Assembly (NCBI GenBank): GCA_963743305.1
Contig: CAVUPH010000014.1
Coordinates: 32,001 to 96,000 of the forward strand
Reading direction: 5' to 3'
DNA length: 64,000 bases
Source of the DNA: an uncultured delta proteobacterium
GTDB lineage: Bacteria > Desulfobacterota > RBG-13-43-22
The notes under the pieces were generated by a model. The model did no database searches. It was given only the letters and a program-made list of their open reading frames with translations, and was not told where the DNA came from. Shown piece by piece: positions 32,796 to 42,590 of the stretch; position 1 is the stretch's first letter; the number at the start of each line of letters is the position of its first letter. The translations under genes were made by a program, and so were the position numbers.

Positions 32796-33947
32796 TTAAG
32801 AAAATAACCCAATGGAAACCACCCCGCCGAGAATTACCACATAGAGAAGGTCTATCTTCTTTATCAAGGCGATTAAGGCCACCACCCCCAGAAGGATCCT
32901 GATAATATCCCAGGGGACCGCTGCGGCAAATTTGATCAACACATAGAGCAGCAGACCAACAAAAGAAGCCAGGATACCCTTGGTCGCCTTTAAAAATAGC
33001 GGTGAGGCCTTTAATCGATCAAAGACAGGGTTTATGATAACCAGCATTAAAAAGGAGGGCGTGAATATGGAGAGGGTGGCCACCAGGGAGCCCCAAAAAC
33101 CATACAATAAATAGCCCACATAAGTGGCCGTAATGACAATCGGGCCCGGGGTGACCTGACCCAGGGCGATACCGTTCATAAAAGTCTTTTCATCCATCCA
33201 TCCCCTAACCTTCACAACCTCATGAAGCATCAAAGGCAGCGAAGTAAATCCGCCCCCGAAGGCAAAAAGATCTATTTTCATCATTAAAGTGGATAAAACA
33301 AAGGAATTGAAATTAAAGAAATAAAGAATTATCAACCCCGCCAAAAGAATCAATAGAAGGAAGAGCGTCGGCTTGATCTCCCATTGCTCGGCTTTTCGAT
33401 CCGCTGCCGGGGAGGGTTGGGTATTTCTAAATAAAAAAATACTGGCTAAACCGGCTCCCGGTATGACCAGAAAGGGACTGATCCCTATTCCCAGGAAGCC
33501 GGCTGCTGCAAAAGCAATAATAACATTTTGGTACCGATTGGCGATGCTTTTTCCAAAAGAATAGGTGGCCCGGGCAATAATGGCCACCACAATGACCTGA
33601 AGCCCGGCAAATAAGGATCGAACAAAAGAGAGTTCATGATAGTTTTTGTATAAGACCGAAAATATCAGCATCAAAATAAAGGCCGGCAACCCGAAACCCA
33701 CATAAGAGGCCAATGCTCCGCCTATCCCTTTTACCCTCAGCCCCACATAACCGGCCATTTGCATGGCCGTGGCTCCGGGAATGGATTGGCAGAGGACCAC
33801 GCCGTCCTTAAAGCGCTCCTCATCCAGCCATTTGTTTTTCATTACGGAAAGCTCTTTGATATAGGCGATCATGGCCGGGCCGCCGAAGGCGGTCAGGCCC
33901 AGCCGGAGAAAGGAGAAAAAAATTTTGGTTAGGGAAGGTAAAGGCAT
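32796..33947 (-). CDS. chrA: Chromate ion transporter (long-chain CHR)
   Basis: LTAFGGP...QSIPGA and FAFGGG...QVTPGP duplicated halves. Confidence 0.9.
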   Translation of the reverse strand: MPLPSLTKIFFSFLRLGLTAFGGPAMIAYIKELSVMKNKWLDEERFKDGVVLCQSIPGATAMQMAGYVGLRVKGIGGALASYVGFGLPAFILMLIFSVLYKNYHELSFVRSLFAGLQVIVVAIIARATYSFGKSIANRYQNVIIAFAAAGFLGIGISPFLVIPGAGLASIFLFRNTQPSPAADRKAEQWEIKPTLFLLLILLAGLIILYFFNFNSFVLSTLMMKIDLFAFGGGFTSLPLMLHEVVKVRGWMDEKTFMNGIALGQVTPGPIVITATYVGYLLYGFWGSLVATLSIFTPSFLMLVIINPVFDRLKASPLFLKATKGILASFVGLLLYVLIKFAAAVPWDIIRILLGVVALIALIKKIDLLYVVILGGVVSIGLFS

Positions 33948-33957
33948 GGGAAGAGCT

Positions 33958-35295
33958 TTAAAAATAATATCTGATTCGGAATTCCAGCCTATAATCATTC
34001 GGCTTTTCACCGAATTCACTCCCCCTTGAACCCACGATAAACCCGGTCCTGAGGCGCAGTTCCAGATTGGTAATCCCGGTGTAGACCAATTCAGGGGTTA
34101 GGGAAAAGCTCCGGTCGTCGATATTGGCCAGCAGGGTGATGGCCGGGGTGAAGTAAAGGATATCCAAAGGCTCCTTCTGGCTTACCCTCAGGTAAAGATA
34201 ATTCGTTTCCGGGGTCTGCTTCCCGTAATTGCCCTGGGACAGGTTATTGGCCCGGTTCAGCAAAGAGGGATTGCCCGTTGTGGTATAAAGGCTATACCCC
34301 TTGTCTATGAATGAAAAGAAATCCTGCATCTCCTGATTGTTGTACCCCTGGCCGTTCCGGTAATATTCGAGGATATACGTGGTATCCCGGACGGTAAGAT
34401 ACCTAAGGCCCAGCAGGGCGTTGAAGGCATTGTAACTGGACTGGAACATATTCCCGTTGGGATCGACGGAGGCCTTGGTAAAATTATTGATCAGGGAGAA
34501 TTCTCCATGCAGCTCGAGGTTGGTGGTGACATTTCTGGAAAAGTCCAGGCCGTAGCGCGCAGTTTTGCTCCCGTTGGTCAGGAAGATCAAATCGATATCC
34601 GTATCGTAAAGAAGAAAATAGAACTTAGCGGCCCCATTCAGATTTCCGGTCGACCCGAAATCCTCATTGACGCCGACGTAGGCGGGTAGCAGGACCGGGG
34701 TAAAAGAAAAGGTCTTCAGGGCCTGGCCCTCCCAACTTTTGGTATAGTCCACAGAGGCTACCACATATCCTTCCCGGGCCAGTTCGGGATCATCGGGGTT
34801 CTTCGGCCGGTCAAGAAAAGCCGCCGGGTTCCAGGCATAGCCCTTACCCCAATTGAGCGTTTTTTTGCCGAATTCGGTGATAAAGGTCGGTGAGGGCTTG
34901 AACGAAACATTGCCCTCGAAGACCAGAGTATTGCTGGCTGCCGTTTGATAGTTGTTGGTGTAGGAGGTATTGGTTTTGATGTAGAAACGGGAGATGCCTT
35001 TCTCCAGGCTCCCTTCCAACTGGAGCGTTCCATCATATTCCGGGGTGGTCGCCCCTATATTTCGGTTGTAAAAATTGAGTTTATAGAGGGCGGCGTTCTT
35101 ATCCAGTCCGAAGAGGATCGGAGAGGCTTCTATATAGCCACCGAGATGAAAGGGTTTCTTTTCCGTCTCTGAGACGTCAAACTTGTATTCCTCGGCCTTA
35201 TTTTCCTCTGAAAAAGCAGGAGTCCGAGCAATGAGCAGCAAACAGGAGGTGAGGAACAACAGGCTAAGAATCCCCACCAGCCGACGGATCTCCAA
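33958..35295 (-). CDS. Probable outer-membrane beta-barrel protein
   Basis: Signal peptide, GKKTLNWGKG and a C-terminal RIRYYF. Confidence 0.65.
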   Translation of the reverse strand: MEIRRLVGILSLLFLTSCLLLIARTPAFSEENKAEEYKFDVSETEKKPFHLGGYIEASPILFGLDKNAALYKLNFYNRNIGATTPEYDGTLQLEGSLEKGISRFYIKTNTSYTNNYQTAASNTLVFEGNVSFKPSPTFITEFGKKTLNWGKGYAWNPAAFLDRPKNPDDPELAREGYVVASVDYTKSWEGQALKTFSFTPVLLPAYVGVNEDFGSTGNLNGAAKFYFLLYDTDIDLIFLTNGSKTARYGLDFSRNVTTNLELHGEFSLINNFTKASVDPNGNMFQSSYNAFNALLGLRYLTVRDTTYILEYYRNGQGYNNQEMQDFFSFIDKGYSLYTTTGNPSLLNRANNLSQGNYGKQTPETNYLYLRVSQKEPLDILYFTPAITLLANIDDRSFSLTPELVYTGITNLELRLRTGFIVGSRGSEFGEKPNDYRLEFRIRYYF

Positions 35296-35319
35296 CCTCG
35301 AGCGATTGATTCTTGGTTT

Positions 35320-36067
35320 TCACCGCAATGAGTCCATTTTCGGCATAAAGGTTAAGGTGAAGACCTCATCCTTGAAGTCCTTCTTTTTGATCTTGGCGAA
35401 AATCATGATCGATTTGTAACCCTTGTAAAGGGGGCTATCCGTCTCGATGATGGCCGGTCGCACCAAACCCGCGCCGAACTCCTTGATGTCCTTGAAATAA
35501 AGGGTCTTGATCAGCATGTTGGCTTCGGTGAGACATTCGATCCTGGTCGGTAGATTTTTGTTCTTATCGACCCACATTTTGAGCCGGTCATAGGACACGG
35601 TTTTGGTCTTGGCCTTGAGAAAAAGAAGGGTTTCCTTGGGAGTGGAATCGACTTTTTCCACGTCATACTCTACCGAATAATCAAGGGCCAGATATATCGG
35701 CATTATTGAAAACGCCGCCGATGACCGATTGAAGGCTGGTGATGCGGATCGGCTTGCCCACGTTGGGGACATAGAGCCACATATTATCTCCCAGTCTGAG
35801 CGTGCTCCTGCCATTCTCACTGGCCGGCGAAAGAAACAACCCGGCCATTTTATCCGTCCCTTTTTTGGCCGTAAAATAGACGTATTCTTTCTTTTTTCCA
35901 TCCGGTTCGATGTTGATGATCTTCCGATAGGACTCATAAGATTCGGGACTGAGGTTCTTGTCTATCTGGGCAAGCAGTTGCGCCCCGTCCATTGCCTGAA
36001 GCGGTGCGGCACTACCCAGCAGCATGGCGCATAAGAGTATCCGTAAGAAAACTAAAGACTTGTTCAT
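35320..36067 (-). CDS. LolA-like outer-membrane lipoprotein-sorting protein (frameshifted)
   Basis: FLSPASENG, NMWLYVP, GGVFNNAD and LIKTLYFKD motifs. Confidence 0.8.
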
Positions 36068-36138
36068 CGATGGATCCTTTCGTTAAGGATTGAAACAACT
36101 ATCATCCCAAGAAGCTGTACTTTTTTCATTCGATCTTC

Positions 36139-37374
36139 CTATACATGTCTTAAGGCGGTAATCGGCTCCATCCGCGAGGCCTTGAGGGCCGGTTGGAGAC
36201 TTCCGAGAATGGCGACCACGACCACGATCACCGATACGATGATCAGGTCGGATAATTGCACCGCAGGCGAGAGCACGAAGGTCTGCCTGGCGAAGTTGAA
36301 GCTGATATGGGCTAGACGGAGCACGAAGACAATAACCAAGCCGATCACATTTCCGATGACCACCCCGAATATCCCGAGCAGCAGACCTTCCATTACGAAC
36401 ATGGAGAGAATCTTGCCCGGCAGCGTGCCAATGGCGGCAATGGTGCCGATTTCCCGTATCCGCTCGTAGACCGCCATGATCATCACGTTCATGACGCTCA
36501 CCAGCACGATCGCGATGAGCATGACCTTAATGAAAATGGTCATGAGGTTGATCATCTGGGCCAGGCTGAAGAACGGGGAAAGGCCCTCCCAGGTGTGGAC
36601 CTCGAATATCGGCTTGCCCTGTTTGTTTTTTTCGCCGGAGAGCGCTTGGTCCAGTTGACCATAAATTTTGTGGAGGGCGCCGAAGTCTTTCAGCCTAATG
36701 GCTATTTCGCTGATCTCCGGTCCGTCCATCCGGAGAATTTCAACGGCATCATCGATGTGAACGTAGCCGTCCCTTCCGCCAGGGCCCGTGGCGCTCTCCA
36801 ATACCCCGCCGACCTTGAGCTGCTTTCCATTCACCGAGCCGTCCTTGTTCGTGGCGATCACGACCACCATGGAGCCCACTTTTAGGTTCATGCCGCGCGC
36901 CAGGAGTTCGGGGATCATAATTTCCCCCTTCTTGATGACCTTCTCTCCTTCTATGACTCGCGCCATCAAAAGCGGAACGGTCCGGGCCTCTTTCTCGGGA
37001 TCGACCCCATTGAGCCGGATGGCGGTCGTCTCGGTGAAATTACTGAACATGCCCCCGAACTTGATTCTCGGAGAATAGGCCTCGATCCCCGGCGTCCCCT
37101 CCAGTAGCTTTTCCACCTTGGCCACGGCCTGGGGCTTCATGTTCATGGTCAGGGGTAGATTGTCGATGGAGGCCACATATCCCTTTCGATGGATCTGGAT
37201 GTGGCCGAGCATTGAGTCGGTGATCTGACTGATAATGAGATTTTTAAACGAGCCCGAAACAGCGGTGAAAACCAGGACAAAGACGATGCCAATGGCCACG
37301 AGCGAGGAGGTGAGCAAGGTCCTCCGTTTGTAGCGTATCAGGTTTCTTATGGCGATCTTCAGGACGTTATACAC
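36139..37374 (-). CDS. FtsX/LolE-like ABC permease
   Basis: IAIRNLIRYKRRT, ERIREIGTIAAIG and PALKASRMEPITALR motifs. Confidence 0.9.
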   Translation of the reverse strand: MYNVLKIAIRNLIRYKRRTLLTSSLVAIGIVFVLVFTAVSGSFKNLIISQITDSMLGHIQIHRKGYVASIDNLPLTMNMKPQAVAKVEKLLEGTPGIEAYSPRIKFGGMFSNFTETTAIRLNGVDPEKEARTVPLLMARVIEGEKVIKKGEIMIPELLARGMNLKVGSMVVVIATNKDGSVNGKQLKVGGVLESATGPGGRDGYVHIDDAVEILRMDGPEISEIAIRLKDFGALHKIYGQLDQALSGEKNKQGKPIFEVHTWEGLSPFFSLAQMINLMTIFIKVMLIAIVLVSVMNVMIMAVYERIREIGTIAAIGTLPGKILSMFVMEGLLLGIFGVVIGNVIGLVIVFVLRLAHISFNFARQTFVLSPAVQLSDLIIVSVIVVVVAILGSLQPALKASRMEPITALRHV

Positions 37375-38071
37375 GATTCCCCTCCCTTTCCCCTTTCCGG
37401 TTTACTATCATCCCATCTTCGAGTGTATAGATGATTTCCGCTTCTCCCACAATCTTCTGGTCATGGGTCGAAAAGATAAAAGTGGTCTTGAATTCATTTT
37501 TCATTTTCCTCATCAACCCTATGACCATGTAGGCCGTTGCCTTGTCGAGATTGGCCGTCGGTTCATCAGCCAGGACGAGTTTGGGGTTGGTCACCAGGGC
37601 CCGAGCCACGGCCACCCGCTGCTTCTGACCGCCTGATATCTGGTCGGGATACTTGTCCTTCTGTTCTATCATCCCTACGGCCTCAAGCAAGGCCGTTACC
37701 CGCTTTTGCCTTTCCTGCTGGGGAAGACTTTGCACCATCAGGAGGGGATATTCGATGTTCTCGTACACGGTCAGGACCGGGATGAGGTTGAAGTCCTGAA
37801 ATATAAAGCCGATATTTGCTCCTCTAAAAGAGGCGCTTTGTTTACGGTCCAGGGAAAGGACGTCTTTCCCGGCGACCGTCAGACGGCCTTCCGTAGGTTT
37901 ATCGAGACAGCCAACGAGATTTAAGAGCGTGGTTTTGCCACTTCCCGAAGGCCCTACGAAGGATACAAAGGAAGCCGGTTCGATCTCGAAACTCAAACCC
38001 CTTAGCGCCTGGACCGTCACCTCGCCCAGGCGATAGTCTTTATGAAGATTTTCTGCCGCTACTAATGCCAT
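37367..38071 (-). CDS. LolD-like ABC ATP-binding protein
   Basis: GPSGSGKT, SGGQKQR and DEPT motifs. Confidence 0.92.
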   Translation of the reverse strand: MALVAAENLHKDYRLGEVTVQALRGLSFEIEPASFVSFVGPSGSGKTTLLNLVGCLDKPTEGRLTVAGKDVLSLDRKQSASFRGANIGFIFQDFNLIPVLTVYENIEYPLLMVQSLPQQERQKRVTALLEAVGMIEQKDKYPDQISGGQKQRVAVARALVTNPKLVLADEPTANLDKATAYMVIGLMRKMKNEFKTTFIFSTHDQKIVGEAEIIYTLEDGMIVNRKGEREGNRV

Positions 38072-38179
38072 TTTTCCTCCTTACATTTGTTCTAAAAAAT
38101 AGTGTTTTAAACAGGTTTGACACCTTGAATAATAACCAGCCCTTCACCCCATTTCAATCATTTAAAATCATCTTCCCTG

Positions 38180-38776
38180 TTAGAATACACCCGGCCTCAT
38201 AAATGGGCCGCCCATTAAGCTCCGCATCCGGCCGAATCCCATGGGAGTATCACCGAGCTTCTGAATTTGCTCGGGCGAGAGAATCTTCCGCATCTCGAGA
38301 GGAATCTGGGCCATCCGGTCGAAGAGTTGCTCCCGCAAAGAGAACATCTCTTTCTGTTTTGCCTGCAATGTCGCTTCATCGGTCATCGGGTCCGTCATGA
38401 GTTTTTGCATTTCGAGTTGCTTCTGCGTCAGGTCATTTCTCAAGGCCTCTGTCTCTCCGTAGATGCGGTTTCTCAGTCCGCTCATCTGGTTCAACTGTTC
38501 CTCGGAAAGATTGAGATAACGGACGGGACCAAAGCCACCTTGAAAACCAGGACCGAAACCCTGTCTGAACCCCGGGCCGACGCCACCGGGCGCGAACCGG
38601 GTCCCAGATCCTGAAAAGCCCTCAGAACCGGTAAAAGGACCACGAAAACCGGCGGGCGGACCGGCGAAGGGCGGTCCTCCGTCACCGAAGGAGAGCCCGT
38701 AGCCCCAAGCCATAATCCCCAAGCCCGCAAAACTCAAAGCAAGAACCGTTAAATACCACTTTTTGATCTTTCTCAT
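38180..38776 (-). CDS. Spy/CpxP/ZraP-family periplasmic protein
   Basis: Signal peptide, Gly-rich stretch, LNLSEEQ and ILSPEQ. Confidence 0.8.
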   Translation of the reverse strand: MRKIKKWYLTVLALSFAGLGIMAWGYGLSFGDGGPPFAGPPAGFRGPFTGSEGFSGSGTRFAPGGVGPGFRQGFGPGFQGGFGPVRYLNLSEEQLNQMSGLRNRIYGETEALRNDLTQKQLEMQKLMTDPMTDEATLQAKQKEMFSLREQLFDRMAQIPLEMRKILSPEQIQKLGDTPMGFGRMRSLMGGPFMRPGVF

Positions 38777-38933
38777 TGTAACATCCTCCTTTTCAAATAG
38801 AATTTACTTCATTTACCAAAAGAATCGAACCCCTTTTCCCCACCCACTATGGCCGGGGCGATTCGTTCACTATATGGCCGACAGCTTCCTGCGCGCTCCC
38901 TAATTGAAACATGGGGACACCTTTCTGTTTTTA

Positions 38934-39431
38934 TCAACGACCCGCCCATCCTCGGCCTGCCCCCCGGCCAGGGCTGAAAGATGGAACGGGATCTTGTTGC
39001 TCGGGGGTCAGGAGATCTTGGCATTTGAATCGATAGTTAAAATTCTTTTCCCGGATTTTTTTCTGGAGGTCTTGAATGTCTTTTCTAAGACTGAAGATCC
39101 GGGACGCCTCTGTTTTCGAGCTGGAGTCCAACAACCTTAATTCCAATCTCTTAGCTCCAATCTCCTGCCGAAGAGGGGCCATTTCCTTCCAGTAATCCTT
39201 GTGTATTTTTTCCATTTTGGCCGATGGCTCAGGCGTCAAACCGTCATTCTCATAAAACCCCTGCCCAAGCCTCGATCCCATTCCTCTGCCCCGGGGTTGA
39301 GCCAGGGCCTTACCGGCCGACATGAGCATGAAAAGAAAAAAGAGCAGGGCCGCCATGAGAAACATGATGATCAAGACGGACAATTTATCCTTCCCGGCCG
39401 CCTTCTTGACATCTTGAGAATTCCAGTTCAC
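38934..39431 (-). CDS. ZraP/Spy-like periplasmic protein
   Basis: GRGMG, GLTPE, APLRQEI and LLTPEQ motifs. Confidence 0.7.
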   Translation of the reverse strand: MNWNSQDVKKAAGKDKLSVLIIMFLMAALLFFLFMLMSAGKALAQPRGRGMGSRLGQGFYENDGLTPEPSAKMEKIHKDYWKEMAPLRQEIGAKRLELRLLDSSSKTEASRIFSLRKDIQDLQKKIREKNFNYRFKCQDLLTPEQQDPVPSFSPGRGAGRGWAGR

Positions 39432-39449
39432 AAGGATCCCTCCTTTCTG

Positions 39450-39550
39450 TCATTCCGGTGAAAACCGGAATCCAGTCTTTTTAGTTACTTCCGGACCACG
39501 GCTTTCATCACACCGGGGTGACGGGTTTGGGACTTCTTACGATTCAACCA
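39450..39550. repeat. REP-like palindrome
   Basis: GTCATTCCGGTGAAAACCGGAATCCAG...CCGGGGTGAC, with a tail resembling the MITE ends. Confidence 0.55.
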
Positions 39551-39590
39551 AGATTGATCTTGAAAGCAAAAAAGCGGGGTGCTGTTGAAT

Positions 39591-39893
39591 TTAGCAACGA
39601 AGAGGAAAGATGGTTAAGCCATCGAGAGGAAAGGCCGTCATAAAACCGACAACCTGAATCTGTAGAAAAGCGGGTAAGGTTGAAGAGATAGAAGCCAAGG
39701 GCAAATGCATTATGGTCAAATCACCGGGGTTTGAATTGGAATTAATAATAGTCGGATTACACCGTTCAATCTTTAGGCCTGGCTTGAATGGGCAACCGGC
39801 CCCCATTTTTAAGGCCAATTTCAGGGGTGTTGCCCCGGCCAACCAAGGAACCAGAAGGATAACCACCATTAAGATAAGGATTCTTGATTTCAT
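39591..39893 (-). CDS. Small signal-peptide protein ending in PLRC
   Basis: Hydrophobic N-terminus and three Cys; first gene after the sigma54 promoter. Confidence 0.55.
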   Translation of the reverse strand: MKSRILILMVVILLVPWLAGATPLKLALKMGAGCPFKPGLKIERCNPTIINSNSNPGDLTIMHLPLASISSTLPAFLQIQVVGFMTAFPLDGLTIFPLRC

Positions 39894-39937
39894 GACTTGT
39901 ACTCAAATTTTGTGTTTCTATCTATTATCCTAAAATT

Positions 39938-39953
39938 AGCAACTATTGTGCCT
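39938..39953 (-). promoter_or_regulatory. sigma54 (-24/-12) promoter
   Basis: Minus strand AGGCAC-AATAG-TTGCT. Confidence 0.7.
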
Positions 39954-40039
39954 GACCTGATATATTTTCTAAAATATATTTATAATTAATGGGTTACATA
40001 ATTAATTTTGTATTTGATCCTTTAGGAAAAATAACCGGA

Positions 40040-40149
40040 TCGACAAATTTGTCGAGCAAGCCGATTCGATAATTTTGATTATCTCTTTGTTATTACTGAT
40101 AATCGTCACAAGGACACCCTTTACTGGATGCTCGACATATTTGTCGAGC
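40040..40149. promoter_or_regulatory. Two palindromic enhancer-like sites
   Basis: TCGACA-AATT-TGTCGA (40040) and TCGACA-TATT-TGTCGA (40132), each followed by GCnnGCCGATT. Confidence 0.7.
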
Positions 40150-40265
40150 GCGCCGATTACCGATTCTCCGAGATGAATAAAAAATGAATTAATTGAGTAA
40201 TTGTAATGGCCGAAACATCCCTTTTCATGAGCTTCTTATGACCTTCCACGGCCTTTACGGGGCCG

Positions 40266-41510
40266 TTACAGCTTCCTCAATATGTCCATCGGCTTCATCC
40301 GGGAAGTCCGCCTTCCCATGAAAAAGCTGGCCAGGGCACCGGCTATGAGCGACAGGGCCAAAGATGCAGCGCTGAGACCCGCCGAGACGCTCACCGGGAG
40401 TTTGACGGCTGTTGTTGTCGCGGTTGCCGCCTCCTTGGCAAAAGCGGGAGTGAGATTGATCTCCCAAGGGGTTGATACGGGAATGAAGAGATTCCCCCCC
40501 AACAGGTAAGAAATCCCATAACCAGCCATTAGACCCACGAGGCCCCCGGCGAAGGATTGCAGCAGGGCCTCGCCCATCAGTTGCTGTTGCACATCTTTCT
40601 CGGTCCAGCCTACGGCTTTTAAAATGCCGATCTCGCTGGAGCGGGCCACCAGGTTGGCCAGCATGGTCTTGATGATCAGAAATATGGCCCCGCCGAGGGC
40701 GATAATGGATACGAGAAACGAAAACTGGTCGGAAATTTTGGAAACACCCCCCATCAGTTCTAAAAAAGAATCGGAACTCGTGACGGAGGCACCGGGTACT
40801 TCTTTGGCGATCTGCGTCTTCACCTGGCTCAAAAGTGAGGGATTGGTAAGCCGCAGATAGACGATATTGACCCCCTGGGCCTTTTCGGAAAGGAGCTTCT
40901 GCGCATCAGCCAAGGGGAGGTAGATATTAGCCGATGCGATCTGGGAGCCTTCTTTGATCTCCAGGAGGCCCACCACCGTGAAGGGCCGGCCCTCAATCAT
41001 CATGGTCCCGCCCAGGGCCGCGTGATGGAATTTGGCATAGTGTTTTTCCAGGACGATCTCTCCGTCTTTCTCAGGGAAGCGGCCCTCTTTCAGCCACTCC
41101 TTGACTTTGACCGGTCCCAGGCTCGGTTGGGAAAGGTCTACGCCCATAATGGTCTGAAAACCGCTTCGGTCGAACTCCCAAAGGAGCAAGGAAGAGGCCG
41201 TGGAACCCACACCCTCTATGAAGGCCAGTTTCCTGACCTCTTCAGGCCCCAACAACTGGTTCGAGAAGGGCAGGCGAATCCCCCGCATCGAGGTAGCGGT
41301 TTGAACCCCATTAACCGCGCGCTTTTCGGGTTTCTGGACCACGAGGTCCGCGCCCAGATTTTTAAAAGGCAGGCTTACTGCCTTTTGATAGGCCGTCGAG
41401 ACGGCGTTGATAGCCACAAAGAGGGCGATCCCTATGGCAATACCCAGGACGTTCACCAAGGTCCGGTTATGATGGTGTCGAAGCTCATTCAGTACATACC
41501 GATAGTTCAT
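40266..41510 (-). CDS. MacB/FtsX-like ABC permease
   Basis: ARSSEIGILKAVGW and MKPMDILRKL motifs. Confidence 0.88.
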   Translation of the reverse strand: MNYRYVLNELRHHHNRTLVNVLGIAIGIALFVAINAVSTAYQKAVSLPFKNLGADLVVQKPEKRAVNGVQTATSMRGIRLPFSNQLLGPEEVRKLAFIEGVGSTASSLLLWEFDRSGFQTIMGVDLSQPSLGPVKVKEWLKEGRFPEKDGEIVLEKHYAKFHHAALGGTMMIEGRPFTVVGLLEIKEGSQIASANIYLPLADAQKLLSEKAQGVNIVYLRLTNPSLLSQVKTQIAKEVPGASVTSSDSFLELMGGVSKISDQFSFLVSIIALGGAIFLIIKTMLANLVARSSEIGILKAVGWTEKDVQQQLMGEALLQSFAGGLVGLMAGYGISYLLGGNLFIPVSTPWEINLTPAFAKEAATATTTAVKLPVSVSAGLSAASLALSLIAGALASFFMGRRTSRMKPMDILRKL

Positions 41511-41517
41511 AGCCCGC

Positions 41518-41925
41518 TCACTTTTTGCCCGTTGCCAGGTTGAGGGCACCTTTGAGGTCCTCCATTGTCCATTGGCCTTGAAAGAAGGCCGGGCCTGAAC
41601 CCGTAGGGAAGCCGGTGAAGGCGATGGGCTTCCCGGCAACGGTCCATTTGGGTTGGCCGTCTATCCAAATGACCAGCGGTATATGCTGTCGTATTCCCAT
41701 TTTGGCCTTGAACTGCTCCCCCTCTTCCGTGTCGAAGTCATGCCAAGCCACAATAATTTTGTCGCCATACGTGGAAAAAATACCCTTCATCTTGTTGAGC
41801 GTATCCAGGAGGGGGCCGTGGTTCATGTAGAGCACGTCAATCTTGATCGAGGTGGCCGCCTCGATTTTGCCCCCCAGGCTAAAAATGGCCAAGGCCAAAA
41901 AACACACAAAAATAATTTTTTTCAT
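41518..41925 (-). CDS. Exported hypothetical protein (possibly thioredoxin-like)
   Basis: Signal peptide and HIPLVIWIDG; in the operon with overlapping start/stop codons. Confidence 0.6.
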   Translation of the reverse strand: MKKIIFVCFLALAIFSLGGKIEAATSIKIDVLYMNHGPLLDTLNKMKGIFSTYGDKIIVAWHDFDTEEGEQFKAKMGIRQHIPLVIWIDGQPKWTVAGKPIAFTGFPTGSGPAFFQGQWTMEDLKGALNLATGKK

Positions 41926-42590
41926 GAGACCACCTTTCCATCGTGCATCCGGATCAGACGATCCGCGGTTTTGGCAAGTTCAGCATCGTGGGTCACCATC
42001 AGAATGGTGACTCCCTCTTGGCGATGGAGTCTTTCCAGGATCTCCAGGATGGCCTCACCGGTGGCCGAGTCCAGGTTTCCGGTCGGCTCATCGGCAAAGA
42101 GGATCTTGGGGTGGTTGATGAGCGCCCGGGCGATAGCCACCCTTTGTTTTTCTCCGCCGGAAAGGGCCGAGGGCAAATGGTCCGACCTGGGGAGTAGCTC
42201 CATTTTCTCCAGCAGCTCCATGGCCCGCATTTCCCGCTCTTCCGCCGGCATCTTTATTGGAAAAAGCGGGAGGGCCACATTCTCCCAGGCGGAGAGCGTG
42301 GAGATCAGGTTGAAGGACTGAAAGATGAAACCGACGTTATCCCGACGGAAAAGGGCCAATTCATCCTCGGTAGCGCTGGTAATTTCCTTCCCGTCCAGCA
42401 TGACCTTTCCCTCCGTGGGGCGCTCCAGTCCCGAAAGCAATGACAGGAGTGTCGTCTTTCCGGAGCCTGATTTTCCAGCCAGGCAGACGAATTCCCCGCT
42501 GGCCAGAGAGAGCGAGACATCCCGCACCACAGTCAGATCACCATATTTCTTGGTGAGACCGGCCCCGGTTAAGATCGTTCCGTTATTCAT
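41922..42590 (-). CDS. ABC ATP-binding protein
   Basis: GKSGSGKT, LSGGEKQR and DEPTGNLD motifs. Confidence 0.92.
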   Translation of the reverse strand: MNNGTILTGAGLTKKYGDLTVVRDVSLSLASGEFVCLAGKSGSGKTTLLSLLSGLERPTEGKVMLDGKEITSATEDELALFRRDNVGFIFQSFNLISTLSAWENVALPLFPIKMPAEEREMRAMELLEKMELLPRSDHLPSALSGGEKQRVAIARALINHPKILFADEPTGNLDSATGEAILEILERLHRQEGVTILMVTHDAELAKTADRLIRMHDGKVVS

